The translations under genes were made by a program, and so were the position numbers. Below, one piece after another: positions 9,088-19,825 of a DNA stretch of 64,000 bases (position 1 is the first letter of the stretch; each line of letters starts with the position of its first letter). The notes below the pieces were generated by a model that saw only the letters and a program-made list of their open reading frames with translations, searched no databases and had not been told where the DNA came from. This DNA is from an uncultured Planctomycetota bacterium (lineage in GTDB: Bacteria; Planctomycetota; Planctomycetia; Isosphaerales; Isosphaeraceae), in contig CAVTTN010000002.1 of assembly GCA_963737655.1 (NCBI GenBank), forward strand, positions 4,576,001-4,640,000, read 5' to 3'.

Positions 9088-11869
9088 TCACCGGGGGACC
9101 ACGACCGTCCCGGCCAGGACGTCGTGGGGCCCTCGGTCGGGCCGGATCAGGGCGATCGGCAGCGAGGCGGCCACCAGCCCCGCCGCGATCCCGAACAGGG
9201 TCCAGCTCGGCCATCGGGCCTTCCACGTGTCCTGGACGTACAGGGCCCCGATCAGCAGGAGGGCGGGGACGAGCCAGACGACCAGGGACCTCCAGAAGAT
9301 CCGCAATCGCGAGGCGCGGACGCCGTCCCTTCGGACCAGTCCCAAACCCATCACGAGGAAGCTCAGGCCGCCTCCGAACGCCGCCGACAGCGCCGACCAG
9401 CCCAGGGCCATCAAGGCGACGGCCCCTCCCATGACCACGAACGCCTCCTCCAGGATGCGGGTCTGCTCCCGGGCGACGTCCTCGGCCTGGGCGGGAAACG
9501 CCTCGTACCGGCCGATCATCACGAGCAGCGGGGCCCCGAAGAAGATCAGCAAGGAGACGGACAGGATCGCCGCCATCACGCCGAGCTGGCTGGCCCGGGA
9601 AAGGCGGGTCGCCTCGGTCGTGTGATCGCGGGTCGCGTCCAGGGCCTGGCGGAACGAGGCCACGTCGCGGAACCTCTGCGGATGGCCCGGGGAAAGCCGG
9701 GTGAGGAGGTCGTGGGCGTGGATCGGCACGGGCGCCCGGATCGCGGTTTCCGAGTCGTCGAGCCGCCTCTTGCCGCCCTCCAGGGCCACGGCCGCCGATC
9801 GCCGGAGGAGGTCCAGGGCCCGGGACGCCTCGTCCCCCGGGCCGGACGCCTCGGGCCGGGCCAGGCCATCGACGATCAGGGCCCGGCCGTCGGGCTGGAC
9901 CCAGACCTGATCGATCGTCAGGCCCGGGGGGAGCGTCCCGTCCAGGCAGGCGGCGGCCAGCTCCTCGCTGATGTCGTCGATCAGGGGCCGGGCATCCCTC
10001 CAGGGGAGGCCGTCGGGCCCGGCGAGGTCGGCCAGGGGGCATCCCGACGGGGCCACGAAGGCATCCCATCGCCCCTCGGCCTGCTCGCCGCCGGCCAGCC
10101 ACCTCGGGCGGGTCGCCCGGCTGAGCTCGCGGCGGGCGGCATCCGGCGGAGGGCTGGATTTCGGCCTCAAGACGACCCACGCCTCGCGACCGAGCGAGGA
10201 ATCCTCGGCCGCCAGGACCTTCCGGCCATCCTCCCACCGGACCGCCCCCCGGACCCGGTACGGACCGACGGTCTTCATCACGCCGATCGGCCGGGTGGCG
10301 ACCCCGCGATCCGGCCCAGGGCCCGTCGCGACTCCGCCGCCTTCCGCCTCGCCGTCCGGGGGGCGACCACCACGCGGGTCCCGCTGAGGATCTCGTGGAG
10401 CCCCCGATAGCCGTTGCTCCGCCTCATCGACGAGCAGAGCACCGCCACCCCCACGGCGCGAGCCAGGGGCGTCAGCCACTCCCGACCCCTCAGGAACCCC
10501 AGATGATGGCCCGCGATCGTCACGGCTTCCCACGGGAGGGCCGTCAGGGCGTAGAAGATCGTCGCCCGGAGCCACATCCGCCCGAGGGTCGTGCCCGACG
10601 ACCCATCCCCCCGGACCCGGAGCCCCAGCAGCCACTTGGCCGGAGAGGCGCCCGTGAGGCTCTCCACCAGGAAATAGGCCACCAGGATCACCAGCGGGTC
10701 CATCACGGCGTTCAGGTACATGTCCTGGACGAGGTGGGACAGGACCAGCTCCCGGGAGGTCACCACCCGGACTCCGCCGACGACAATCAAGACCGGATAC
10801 TTGCTCAGGAAGACGTCGATAAAGTACGCCGCCGAGCGAAGCCAGAGGCTGGCCATCGTGGTCCGCCCCGGGGCGAACGGCGAGAGGGCCGCGGCCAGGC
10901 CGTCCAGGTCGCGATACCGCCGGTCCCGGCTCCGTTCCAGCCCCTTGAGGACCACCCGTTCCAGGTCCGGCGGGATGTCCGGGCGGATCGACCGGGGAGG
11001 CGGCGGCGGGTCGCTGACGATCCTCGCCAGGGTGGCCGCCGCGTCCGAACCCTGGAACGGCGCCCGGCCGGTCAGGAGGTAGTACAACGTCGCGGACACC
11101 GAATAAACATCGGTCCGGGGATCGACCGCGTCCCCCTTGATTTGTTCCGGCGACGCATAAAGAGGCGTCCCCAGGAACGAGCCGGTGCGGGTCAGGTTGG
11201 CGTCGCTCACCAGCGACTTCGAGAGCCCGAAATCGCCGATCTTGACCCGGCCGTCGGCCTCCAGGAAGCAGTTGGAGGGCTTCACGTCCCGATGGATCAC
11301 GCCGAGGCGGTGGGCCTCGCGAAGCCCCTCGATCGCGTCGAGGATCTTGGGGACCGCCTCGGCCGCCGGCAGCGGGCCTTTCTCGCGGACGAGGTCCTGG
11401 AGGTTCGAGCCCGGCATCAATTCCATGATGATGAATGGGCGGCCCTCCTCCTCGTCGGCCGCGAGGACGAAGACGCATCTCGGGTGAGTGATCGCCGAGG
11501 CCAGCCGCCCCTCCTGGCGGAACCGGCCGAGCGCCTCGGGCGAGGCGACGATCTCGGGGGAGACCAGCTTCAGCGCGACCCGTCGGCCGATCCGCGAGTC
11601 CTCGGCCTCGTAGACCGTCCCCATCCCGCCCTGACCGAGGGGACGGATCAACAGATAGCCGCCGATCGATTGCGGGGCCGCCGGCGGGGCTTCGAGGCCC
11701 GACGATACCCGGGGCTGGGGGGTGTGGGCGATCGTGGGGACTTCGTGGACGTTCGGCGCCGTCGTGACCAGCGCCGGCTCGTCCAGAGGCTTGCCGCAAT
11801 AGACGCAGAACCGGGCTCGGGGCCCGAGAACTCGATCGCCTGGCCGCAGTGGGGGCATTCGACGGTCAT
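9088..11869 (-). CDS. Zn-ribbon / Ser/Thr kinase / RDD / degenerate kinase / RDD protein, split by two apparent indels
   Basis: MTVECPHCG (11869) joins FCVYCG and the kinase motifs GQGGMG, HRDVKPSN, DFG, GTPLYASPE (ORF 10278-11963). First RDD ends RGLHEILSGTRVV; second ends RGPHDVLAGTVVVPR (ORF ending 9088). Confidence 0.85.
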
Positions 11870-12380
11870 GGACGGCCCTCTTCCCCCGTCGAGAGTTCCG
11901 CAGATTCCCCCACCATCGGTTTACCGGGGAGTGTGCGTCCGTGCAAGGCCGTCTCGGGCGCAAAGGCGCGAATCCGAGACACTCCGGGCTCGGGGGCGGG
12001 CGATCGTCCCGCGGTTCCGAGGCCGATTTCGGGTCGAATCGTCCGGGGAGGGGCGCCGTTCCGCCAGGAAACCAGGAGTCTTCGGCAACCGCAATATCCC
12101 AGATTGTGCAGATGGAAAATTCGTCAGAATGGCGTCCATCCGCTGCGAAATCCGTGGGCGCCGACGGCCCTCCCCGAATTCAGGGTCCCTCCCCCGGGGC
12201 GGAACCCCCGGACGAACCAATCCGGTAGCCGTTCCTGAGGTGACTTGACCGGGACGGTCCGGTCTGTTGGATTGGCTCCGGGTCCGGCCGGGATCGGGAC
12301 CGAAATTTGCGGTCGTTCCGGATTGCCGGAGATGCGCGGCCCGGAAGGTCGTCGGCCGGGCCCGGGTTGGGGAGCCTGCC

Positions 12381-13271
12381 ATGACGCGTCTCAAGCGAGC
12401 GATCCTCCTCTCGGCGGCCGGCGCGCTCGGCCTGGTCGCCTCGGCCGGGGCCGTTCAGACCGCCTCGAAGCCAAAGGGTGCGGCCGTCGCCGCCGGGGCC
12501 GCGAAGGTGGAGGCCGTCGGCCTGGCGATCGATAAGCCCGGTCCGCCCATGAAGTTCGGCCAACTCGCCCAGGAAGGAACGCGGGTCATCCTCCGCGTCT
12601 CGCTCCCCGGCAAGACGATCGTCGAGCTCGACCCGGCGGCGAGCAAACTGACCGGCCTGAAGGACGACAAGGGCGCCGACCTTTCGAAAGAGCCTCCCAA
12701 GCCGAAGGACCAGGGGCCGGTGTTCCGCTTCGGCAACGACATGGGCGGCCCCCTGAAGGCCGAGAAGGTCCAGGACGGCCAGTCCTGCCTGGTCGAGGTG
12801 AAGGGGCCCGCCGTCCCGTCGCCGGGCGCGACCAGGATTGCCGTCCGGGGCACCCTGGTCTTCACCTGCGGGGCGGGCGAGAAGACCGACGAGCAGAAGA
12901 ACCTGCCCCTGACCGAGGGCGCCCCGATCACCGCCGGGCCCGTGCCGATGACCATCAGCCTCAAGAAGAACCCCGGATTCGGCGGCAACTTCCCCGGCCA
13001 GCCGGCCGCCCTGAACGGCTCCCGGTTCGCGATCCACACCGAGGGGTCCGCCGAGGCGATCAAATCCATCGCCTTCTGGGACGACAACGGCAAGGAGATC
13101 AAGAGCGAGGTCACCATGACCGCGTTCGGCGGTTCCAACATGAACGGCCCGAGGGACGTGTTCTACGCCCTGGAGAAGAAGGTGGATCAGGTGACGATCC
13201 GCGTCAAGCACGTCGATCATCTCGAAAAAATGTCCATCCCGATCGATGTGAACGTCGGCGTCGGCCTGTGA
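12381..13271 (+). CDS. Secreted hypothetical protein
   Basis: GGAG RBS, signal peptide MTRLKRAILLSAAGALGLVASAGA, beta-rich body, coding codon bias. Confidence 0.8.
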   Translation: MTRLKRAILLSAAGALGLVASAGAVQTASKPKGAAVAAGAAKVEAVGLAIDKPGPPMKFGQLAQEGTRVILRVSLPGKTIVELDPAASKLTGLKDDKGADLSKEPPKPKDQGPVFRFGNDMGGPLKAEKVQDGQSCLVEVKGPAVPSPGATRIAVRGTLVFTCGAGEKTDEQKNLPLTEGAPITAGPVPMTISLKKNPGFGGNFPGQPAALNGSRFAIHTEGSAEAIKSIAFWDDNGKEIKSEVTMTAFGGSNMNGPRDVFYALEKKVDQVTIRVKHVDHLEKMSIPIDVNVGVGL

Positions 13272-13297
13272 TCCGCGGCCAGGGAGGCGATTTGTCG

Positions 13298-14614
13298 ATG
13301 ACCGACGACCCCGACGCCAACGCTCTCCCTCCCGAATCGCTCGATCCGGAGCCGGGGGGCGGCGGTCGGCCGCATGCGCCGACCCGAGGGGCGACCGTCA
13401 AGGCGATCCCGATCAACCCGCAACTGGCCGGCTGCGGATGTTTCGGGTGTTCCTCGATCGTCTTCCTCGTGGCCGCCTCGGCCGTGGCGGGGGCCGTCTG
13501 GGGGTTCCTCATCCCCGAGTGGAGGGTGAACAACCGCTACGTCTCGACGACCTGCGAGGTGCTCGACCAGAGGCTCGATACCCAGGAGTTCCCCGATGCG
13601 GGCCAAAAGCCAGCGGGGGCCGGGCCCAAGGAGTCGTATCGGCCGATGGTCAAGATCCGCTACGAGGTCAACGGCCGGAAGCTCGAGGCCTGGACCTACG
13701 ACGCGGCGGGGATCTACAACAACAACAAGGCCACCCAGCAGACCATCCTCGACAACTTCCCGGTCGGATCGATCCAACCCTGCTGGTACGACCCGGACCG
13801 TCCGCAACAGGCTGTCCTGGTCCGGGGTTACGCCGTCGCCGCCTATTTCTTCCTGATCTTCCCGGCCGTGTTCCTGATCCTCGGCAGCGTCGGGATGTTC
13901 TTCGGGTGGACGATCTTCCGAATGGGCCGGCCGTCGCGAGACGGCACCCCCGCGCCGCCGGCCGTCTGGATCGAGCCGCCCCCCCAGCCCGCCGCGTTCC
14001 CCCGAGGGTTCGACCCCGCCCGGCTCGGTGACCCCCTGGCCGAGGCGATCGAATGGACCCCGAGCGAGGTCAATCCCCTGGGCCTGGGAGGCCGCAAACT
14101 CGTCGAGATCGACCCGGACCGCCTGGAGTTCCGAGTCACGATCTGGGGACGCTTCTGGCCCTTCCTGGCCCTGATCGTCGGCCTCGGGCTTTCCACCTCC
14201 ATCGTCGCCTCCGCCTTCCGCCGGGCCTCGTTGCACCTGAACTCCCTGGTGCTCCTGCTGCTGACCCTAGGTCTCGCCGCCTCTATGGGTTATCTCCTCC
14301 ACCGCCGCTCGATCCCGATCGTGTTCGATCGCCGGGAGGGCTTCTTCTGGAGAGGGCGGAAGCCGCCCGGCGAGTTCCCCGACGCCGAGGCCCCGACCGA
14401 CGCCACCCCCCTGGACGACATCCACGCCTTGCAGCTCCTCCTCCAGCTCATCCGACCGAGCAGGGGGCGGGACCGCCGGGTTTATCAGCTGTATCTGGTG
14501 AGGAACGACGCCGAGCGGATCCTGGTCGTCGTCCGGTCCCATCGCGGCCGGCTCCGCGAGGAAGCGGCGGTCCTCGGCGAATTCCTGGGCAAGCCGGTCT
14601 GGGACGCCTCCTGA
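13298..14614 (+). CDS. DUF3592-like membrane protein
   Basis: TM, then TTCEVL...YRPMVKIRYEVNG...CWYDPDRPQQAVL, then TM, followed by two further TM helices; GGAGG RBS. Confidence 0.75.
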   Translation: MTDDPDANALPPESLDPEPGGGGRPHAPTRGATVKAIPINPQLAGCGCFGCSSIVFLVAASAVAGAVWGFLIPEWRVNNRYVSTTCEVLDQRLDTQEFPDAGQKPAGAGPKESYRPMVKIRYEVNGRKLEAWTYDAAGIYNNNKATQQTILDNFPVGSIQPCWYDPDRPQQAVLVRGYAVAAYFFLIFPAVFLILGSVGMFFGWTIFRMGRPSRDGTPAPPAVWIEPPPQPAAFPRGFDPARLGDPLAEAIEWTPSEVNPLGLGGRKLVEIDPDRLEFRVTIWGRFWPFLALIVGLGLSTSIVASAFRRASLHLNSLVLLLLTLGLAASMGYLLHRRSIPIVFDRREGFFWRGRKPPGEFPDAEAPTDATPLDDIHALQLLLQLIRPSRGRDRRVYQLYLVRNDAERILVVVRSHRGRLREEAAVLGEFLGKPVWDAS

Positions 14615-14744
14615 TCGTCTCGGAGCTCCGATCGGCCGGATTTCCGGCCGATTGCGGTCGTCACGCCGGGTCTCTCGCCGTACCATGACCTGGGCCCCCG
14701 CCCGGCCCAATCCCGAGGGGCATCCGTCGTCGAGGCCCGGCCCG

Positions 14745-15311
14745 ATGATCCTGGTCTCCTTCCCCTGCGCCCGTTGCACCCGCCCCAACCCCCCGGCCGT
14801 CGCGTTTTGCGAGGGGTGCGGCCTGCCCCTGGGGACCGCCGAACCCGACGCCGGCGCCGGTCGCGAGGCCCTGGGCGTGTACGAGGCGCCCGAACCCGAC
14901 GACGGCGACCTCGGCCCCGCCCTGGCCGAACTCGTCGCCCGAGCCGGCCTGGATGCGTCGCCGTTCGGCCACGGCTGGCGGGTCGTCGTCCCCCTGCCCC
15001 TGGATCGCACCCAGGCCGTCTATCTCGGGCCCGACGGCACCGATGCCGAGGGCCGGCCGCTCGTCGGCCTGGTCTCCGTCTGCGGACCGGCCAACGACCG
15101 CGACGCCCGGGCCCTCCTGAAGCTCAACGCCCGGGCCGTCGAGGGGCATTTCGCGATCAAGACCCTTCGCGGCGAGGATTATTTCGTCGTCTGCCGGAGC
15201 CTCCCCCTGGAAATCCTCCCGGCGATCGACGCCTCGGGCCTCGTCCGCCGGATCGCCCGGGCCGCCGACGGCCTCGAAGACCGGCTCTCCCGGGGGCGTG
15301 ACCTCTATTGA
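14745..15311 (+). CDS. Zinc-ribbon protein with YbjN/CesT-like chaperone-fold domain
   Basis: CxxC-x10-CxxC at the N-terminus; R.Q.V...VSVCGPA...LLKLNA...G.FA...IARAADGLEDRL.G.DLY. Confidence 0.65.
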   Translation: MILVSFPCARCTRPNPPAVAFCEGCGLPLGTAEPDAGAGREALGVYEAPEPDDGDLGPALAELVARAGLDASPFGHGWRVVVPLPLDRTQAVYLGPDGTDAEGRPLVGLVSVCGPANDRDARALLKLNARAVEGHFAIKTLRGEDYFVVCRSLPLEILPAIDASGLVRRIARAADGLEDRLSRGRDLY

Positions 15312-16987
15312 CCCGGACCGATCCCGGGAACGTCCTCGCACCGATAGACCGAGATCGAACCATCCCGCAGGGTCACGACCGGCCGGACGCCGTCCAGCGC
15401 CCGGAAATACCCCGGAGGCCCCCACGGGCCGAACGCAAGCGACGTGGAAACCGCGAGATACGTCGTCCCGGCCGAGAGTTTCGCCGGCAGCCCCGGATGC
15501 GTCTCGTCGGCGTTGATGAGATGGCACGTCCCCACGATCCCGTACGCCTTCGGGTCCACGTCACCGAAATAATACAGTGTGAGATCGCGGAACTCGGGCC
15601 GGGCCTTCTGAATTGCGGCGAGCGACGTTAAACCCTGGCCCCAATCGAGGTTGGAGTCGGCCAGGATGTGTTTGCCACCCTCGACCCCGCCGGCCAGGGC
15701 GTTGAAGAACGACAGCTCGTGAGGATGGACCCTCGCCACGGCCCAGCCTTGCCCGATCAACCCAATGATCAATATCACCCGCCCTGCCCTGCCCGCCCGG
15801 ACCAGCCCCGACAGCCACACGATCGCCAGGGGGGCCATCGGCAGGAGGTATCGAACGCCATAATTCCGGGTCGATCCCACCGCCGCCAGCCCGAGGAAGA
15901 CCGCGATGGTCCAGGGGAGCATTGCCTCTCCGTCGGGGCCTCGAAAACCACCGTTTTGCCCGTTTTTCCCAAATTCTCGCCGTCCCGCGATCCGCTTTCG
16001 CAGGACAATCCGCCCCAAAACCATGATCCACAAGGAGATCGGCGTCTTGACCGCCAGCGCCACGAGATAATAGTGCCGCCAGCCGGTCATCCGCCGCTCG
16101 CCCAGGAGGTAGCTCGGACCCCCCGACCGCTGATGCCGGACCTGGATCAGGAACCCGACCCAGTCCGCCGGCCATCGTCGCTCCGCCAGCCAGGACACGA
16201 GGCCCGACGACAGGCTCGGATGGTCGCCCACCCGTTCGCTTGCCCGGATCGTGGCGAACCCCGAGATTGCCCAGTCGCTCAGGAGCATCACCGCCAGGAA
16301 CCCGGCCATCCCGGCCATCACCCGCCCCCAGGCCGCCCCCCGACGCCCATCACGGACCAGCCAGAGCAGGCCCAGGATCGGCGGGAAGGCGATCGCCGTG
16401 AACTTGCACGAGAACGCCAGCCCCCCCACGACCGCGGACGCCCAGAATGCCCAGGCTTTTTTTCTTTCCAGGAACACCCAGAACAGGCCGAACATCGCCG
16501 CCGACGCCGCCACCAGGGGCATTTCCATGGTGACCAGGGCGCCGTGGGCGATCAGGTTCGGGCTCAGGGCGAACAGCCAGGCCGCCACGGCCATCCCGGT
16601 CGACCCATTCCGCCGTCCCGCCCAGGTCGCCGTCGCTCCGAGGGCAACCATCCAGATCCAGAGCGAACCGATCCGCATCCAGGGCAACAAAGCGGCCTGG
16701 TGGACGTCCGGCGAGTCGATCCAGTCGCCGAATCCGGCGCGATCGAGGATCGCCAGGATGGGCGCCTGCTGGAGCTTCCAGAACGTCCGGGGCGAGCCCA
16801 TCCGGGTGATCGCCTCCTGATCGCCGGCCCGCCACCACCGGCAGGCGACCCTCAGATACGTGGGTTCGTCGTAGGTCGCCGAATTCCGGAAGGCGCCATC
16901 GACGAGCAGGGCCAGGCCGACGGTCCCGGCGAGGAGGGCCAGCGCGTTCGCGACGTAAAACCTTCGGCGATCGGCCGATCCGTCCAT
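15305..16987 (-). CDS. ArnT/PMT (GT39/GT83-like) glycosyltransferase
   Basis: SATYDEP, LSPNLIAHG, KFTA, RYLLP, ADSNLDWGQ; many TM helices. Confidence 0.85.
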   Translation of the reverse strand: MDGSADRRRFYVANALALLAGTVGLALLVDGAFRNSATYDEPTYLRVACRWWRAGDQEAITRMGSPRTFWKLQQAPILAILDRAGFGDWIDSPDVHQAALLPWMRIGSLWIWMVALGATATWAGRRNGSTGMAVAAWLFALSPNLIAHGALVTMEMPLVAASAAMFGLFWVFLERKKAWAFWASAVVGGLAFSCKFTAIAFPPILGLLWLVRDGRRGAAWGRVMAGMAGFLAVMLLSDWAISGFATIRASERVGDHPSLSSGLVSWLAERRWPADWVGFLIQVRHQRSGGPSYLLGERRMTGWRHYYLVALAVKTPISLWIMVLGRIVLRKRIAGRREFGKNGQNGGFRGPDGEAMLPWTIAVFLGLAAVGSTRNYGVRYLLPMAPLAIVWLSGLVRAGRAGRVILIIGLIGQGWAVARVHPHELSFFNALAGGVEGGKHILADSNLDWGQGLTSLAAIQKARPEFRDLTLYYFGDVDPKAYGIVGTCHLINADETHPGLPAKLSAGTTYLAVSTSLAFGPWGPPGYFRALDGVRPVVTLRDGSISVYRCEDVPGIGPGQ

Positions 16988-17004
16988 GAGCGGCCCCTCC
17001 GCGA

Positions 17005-18015
17005 TCACCCCGAGCGGAGTTCGCGGCCCCACCGGACGACGGCCAGGGCATCCTCCAGCCCCGGGGCCAGCGACGGCTCACCTCGGACGAGCCGGTAGAA
17101 CTGGTCGTTGAGGACCTCGCCGACGGTGGGCTCCATCGGCAGGCGTTCCTCGTGGATGCCGGAGGCGTCGGACCACTGGATGCGGTCGGGCATCTCGACC
17201 CAGGCCGCCCCTCGTTCGGCGAAGACCTGGAAGCCGGGGGGCGGCAGGAACCGCGAGGCGTCGCCCCAGGCGGCCCGATGATACCGGGCCACGTCCATCC
17301 GGACCGCCCGGCTGCCGGCAAACTCCAGAGAAAACCCCGCAAAGTCCGGCCCGGAGCCGTCGTCCAGCGGCCCCGGCATGACCTGGGTCTCGCGCCCCTC
17401 AATCTTCGTCGGCTCGTCGCCGAAGACGAACCGGCACCAGTCGAGGAGGAACCCGCACGGGTCGATCGACAGCGGGACCGGGGCCAACTGCGTCGAGGGC
17501 CCCGGCGGGTTATATCGATCGAAGCCGAACAATCGCGTATGTCCCAGGACCAGGCGGACCGGGCCGAGGGTGGTCTCCAGGAGCTCTCGGAGCCGGAGCG
17601 ACGCCGGGTAGAACCGCCGGGCCATCTCCGGCATGAACGGAACTTTCGATTGACGAACGACTTCGGCGACGGCCTCCAGACCTTCCGGATCGATCCCCGG
17701 AGGCACGGCGCAATAGATCGGCTTGCCCGCCTCGCACGCCTGGGCGATCGGATGGAGGCCGAACCACTGCGGGGTCAGCAGGTAGATGGCCTCGATATCG
17801 GGCCGCTCGATCAGCCCCGACAGGCCCCGGGCGACCTCGCAGCGGAGCGAGGCGGCCTCGATCGAGGCGCGGCGGGCGACCTGGTCGTAGACGGCCACGA
17901 CGTGGAATCGGTCGCGGAGCCGGGCCAGGGCCGGCTTGTGCCGGGACTCCCAGAGCCGCCCCAGGCCGACGATCCCGACCCGGATTCGGGGGCCTCCGCC
18001 GCGATCCAGACCCAA
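17005..18015 (-). CDS. Gfo/Idh/MocA family oxidoreductase
   Basis: IRVGIVGLG Rossmann motif, GKPIYC, RRFYP. Start (TTG) uncertain. Confidence 0.85.
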   Translation of the reverse strand: MGLDRGGGPRIRVGIVGLGRLWESRHKPALARLRDRFHVVAVYDQVARRASIEAASLRCEVARGLSGLIERPDIEAIYLLTPQWFGLHPIAQACEAGKPIYCAVPPGIDPEGLEAVAEVVRQSKVPFMPEMARRFYPASLRLRELLETTLGPVRLVLGHTRLFGFDRYNPPGPSTQLAPVPLSIDPCGFLLDWCRFVFGDEPTKIEGRETQVMPGPLDDGSGPDFAGFSLEFAGSRAVRMDVARYHRAAWGDASRFLPPPGFQVFAERGAAWVEMPDRIQWSDASGIHEERLPMEPTVGEVLNDQFYRLVRGEPSLAPGLEDALAVVRWGRELRSG

Positions 18016-18740
18016 GGGCGAACCTCTCTCCCGCGAACACCTCGACCCGACCGCCCACCGGCCCAAGCCCCGGGCCCTCGCCCATCGAGGCGCGACGCCC
18101 CCACCTTACCAGGACCGCGACCATTCGGCCACCCACTCGCCCCGCCAGCCCGAGCCAGGCCCAGACCACGGCCAGCACCGCCCCTCGATCGCGGACCGGG
18201 GAACACATCACGGCGGGGCCCCGAACCCGACCCGCCCGGAGCCGGCACCCCCGGCCCCCGTCGCGAGTCACCTCCCCCGAATCATCGAGGCCGATCGCCC
18301 CGGCGATCACCCAATCCGCGACCCCCGACCGAACCTCTTGACACCGTCATGGCACAATCGGCCCCCGGCGAAGGCCCGTCCGTGTCCGCACTTCGGGCAC
18401 TTTTCGACGTTCAAGGCCCGAACGACCCGTCGACGCAAATTGTTTTCGAGTCGAAACTTGCACTCCAATCACGGACGATCGAAAATATCAAGGCTCCTAC
18501 CCTGGCACGAGTGACTGCGCGCGTGTTTGCCCTGGAAAAACCGCCCTTTGGTGAAGTTTTCGCCGAAAAGTGTAGTCAACTTCCGAGAAATCCAGGAATG
18601 TACAGATCTCAGGAAGATGCGAGCCTTGAATCGATTGCGGGGTGAGACTCGCTCGACGACAACGCTTAATTAAGCCGATCGGGACGGCTCCGCCCGGATC
18701 AACAAGGTGGCATTCGATCGCGGCGAGGCCCGAGGCGCGG

Positions 18741-19331
18741 TCAGGCAGGCACCCTGGGGATCTTCCGGAGCGCGAGCCCGAGCATCAGCCACGAGACGCC
18801 CCGGAACATGGTGCTGATGCCGACGAGGAGGCCGATGATCATGAGTCCCGACATCGGGAGCTCCCTCCAGATCATGATGCCGATCACGACGTCGACCACC
18901 CCGCTGACGAGCAGCCAGATCCAGCCCTCGAACCGGTGGGTCAGGGCGGCGATGGACCGGGCGATGCCGCCGACCAGGAGGAAGCTCGCCAGGAGGAGGG
19001 TCAGGGCGATCCCGCCCTTGATGGGGTTGGCCAGGAGCATCAGGCCGATCACGATGCCCAGGGTGCCGGCGAGCACGGCGAGGAAGAACCCGCTCCACTC
19101 GCGGCACCAGAACGCGCCGATCGCCTCCGCCACGCCCCCGACGAACATCAGGGCCCCGAGCACGGTGACGGTCGCCAGGGTGGTGATCACGGGGAAGCCG
19201 AGCAGGATCGTCCCGAGGGCGATGAGCGCGATCCCCAGGCCCACGAGCCAGGGCCACTCGCCCCGGATCGCCTGGAGTTCATGGCGGATCGCTTTTCGCA
19301 ATGGCATCTCGCGGGCGGCGGACGGGTCCAT
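18741..19331 (-). CDS. HdeD/DUF308 family membrane protein
   Basis: Six TM helices with W..LGI..I.LG and W.WLLVSGVV patterns. Confidence 0.85.
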   Translation of the reverse strand: MDPSAAREMPLRKAIRHELQAIRGEWPWLVGLGIALIALGTILLGFPVITTLATVTVLGALMFVGGVAEAIGAFWCREWSGFFLAVLAGTLGIVIGLMLLANPIKGGIALTLLLASFLLVGGIARSIAALTHRFEGWIWLLVSGVVDVVIGIMIWRELPMSGLMIIGLLVGISTMFRGVSWLMLGLALRKIPRVPA

Positions 19332-19585
19332 GGCGGGTCTCCCCGGGGCTCTTCCTGTGCGGGATGGAGGCGATCGCCGATCGTCGGACCGGCTGCGCGC
19401 GAAGAGGCCCCGTCCATGCGAGGGACCGCACGCCGGGGCCGTCTCGACCGAGAGGACGCGTCCCCGTCGCGAGGACGCGGCCTTGACACGCAAGTAAAAT
19501 CGATGGGTTTGCCTCCTGTCAATACGCGGCGCCCCGGGAATCGCCGAATCCTCGCCGATTCATTTCATGAAAATTCTCACACCAA

Positions 19586-19758
19586 CTAAAGGGTCACGGC
19601 CTTCGCCTTGCTGAGCCGCCCCTCGATCACGCCGACGAGCTTGCCGAGGTAGTCGTCGGAGTACCCCTTAACCATGGACATTTTCTTGTATTCGTCGTCA
19701 TGGGCCACGAGGAACTCCTCGGCTAGGACGCGAATCGCTTGCCAAACCCGGCCGGATC
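19586..19758 (-). pseudogene. Possible orphan gene 3' fragment
   Basis: Open frame ...RVWQAIRVLAEEFLVAHDDEYKKMSMVKGYSDDYLGKLVGVIEGRLSKAKAVTL* with coding-like GC3 but no good upstream start. Confidence 0.3.
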
Positions 19759-19825
19759 GTCAAGGGGCCCGGCGGCGGACGTGGGGAGAGGGCCCGGGCC
19801 CCGAGTCGAGGTCCTCCGGCGGCGA

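Noticed and set aside
18020..18740. ORFs in the intergenic region upstream of the Gfo/Idh/MocA gene
   Set aside because: Low-complexity Arg/Pro/Gly translations without codon bias; probably promoter or non-coding DNA.
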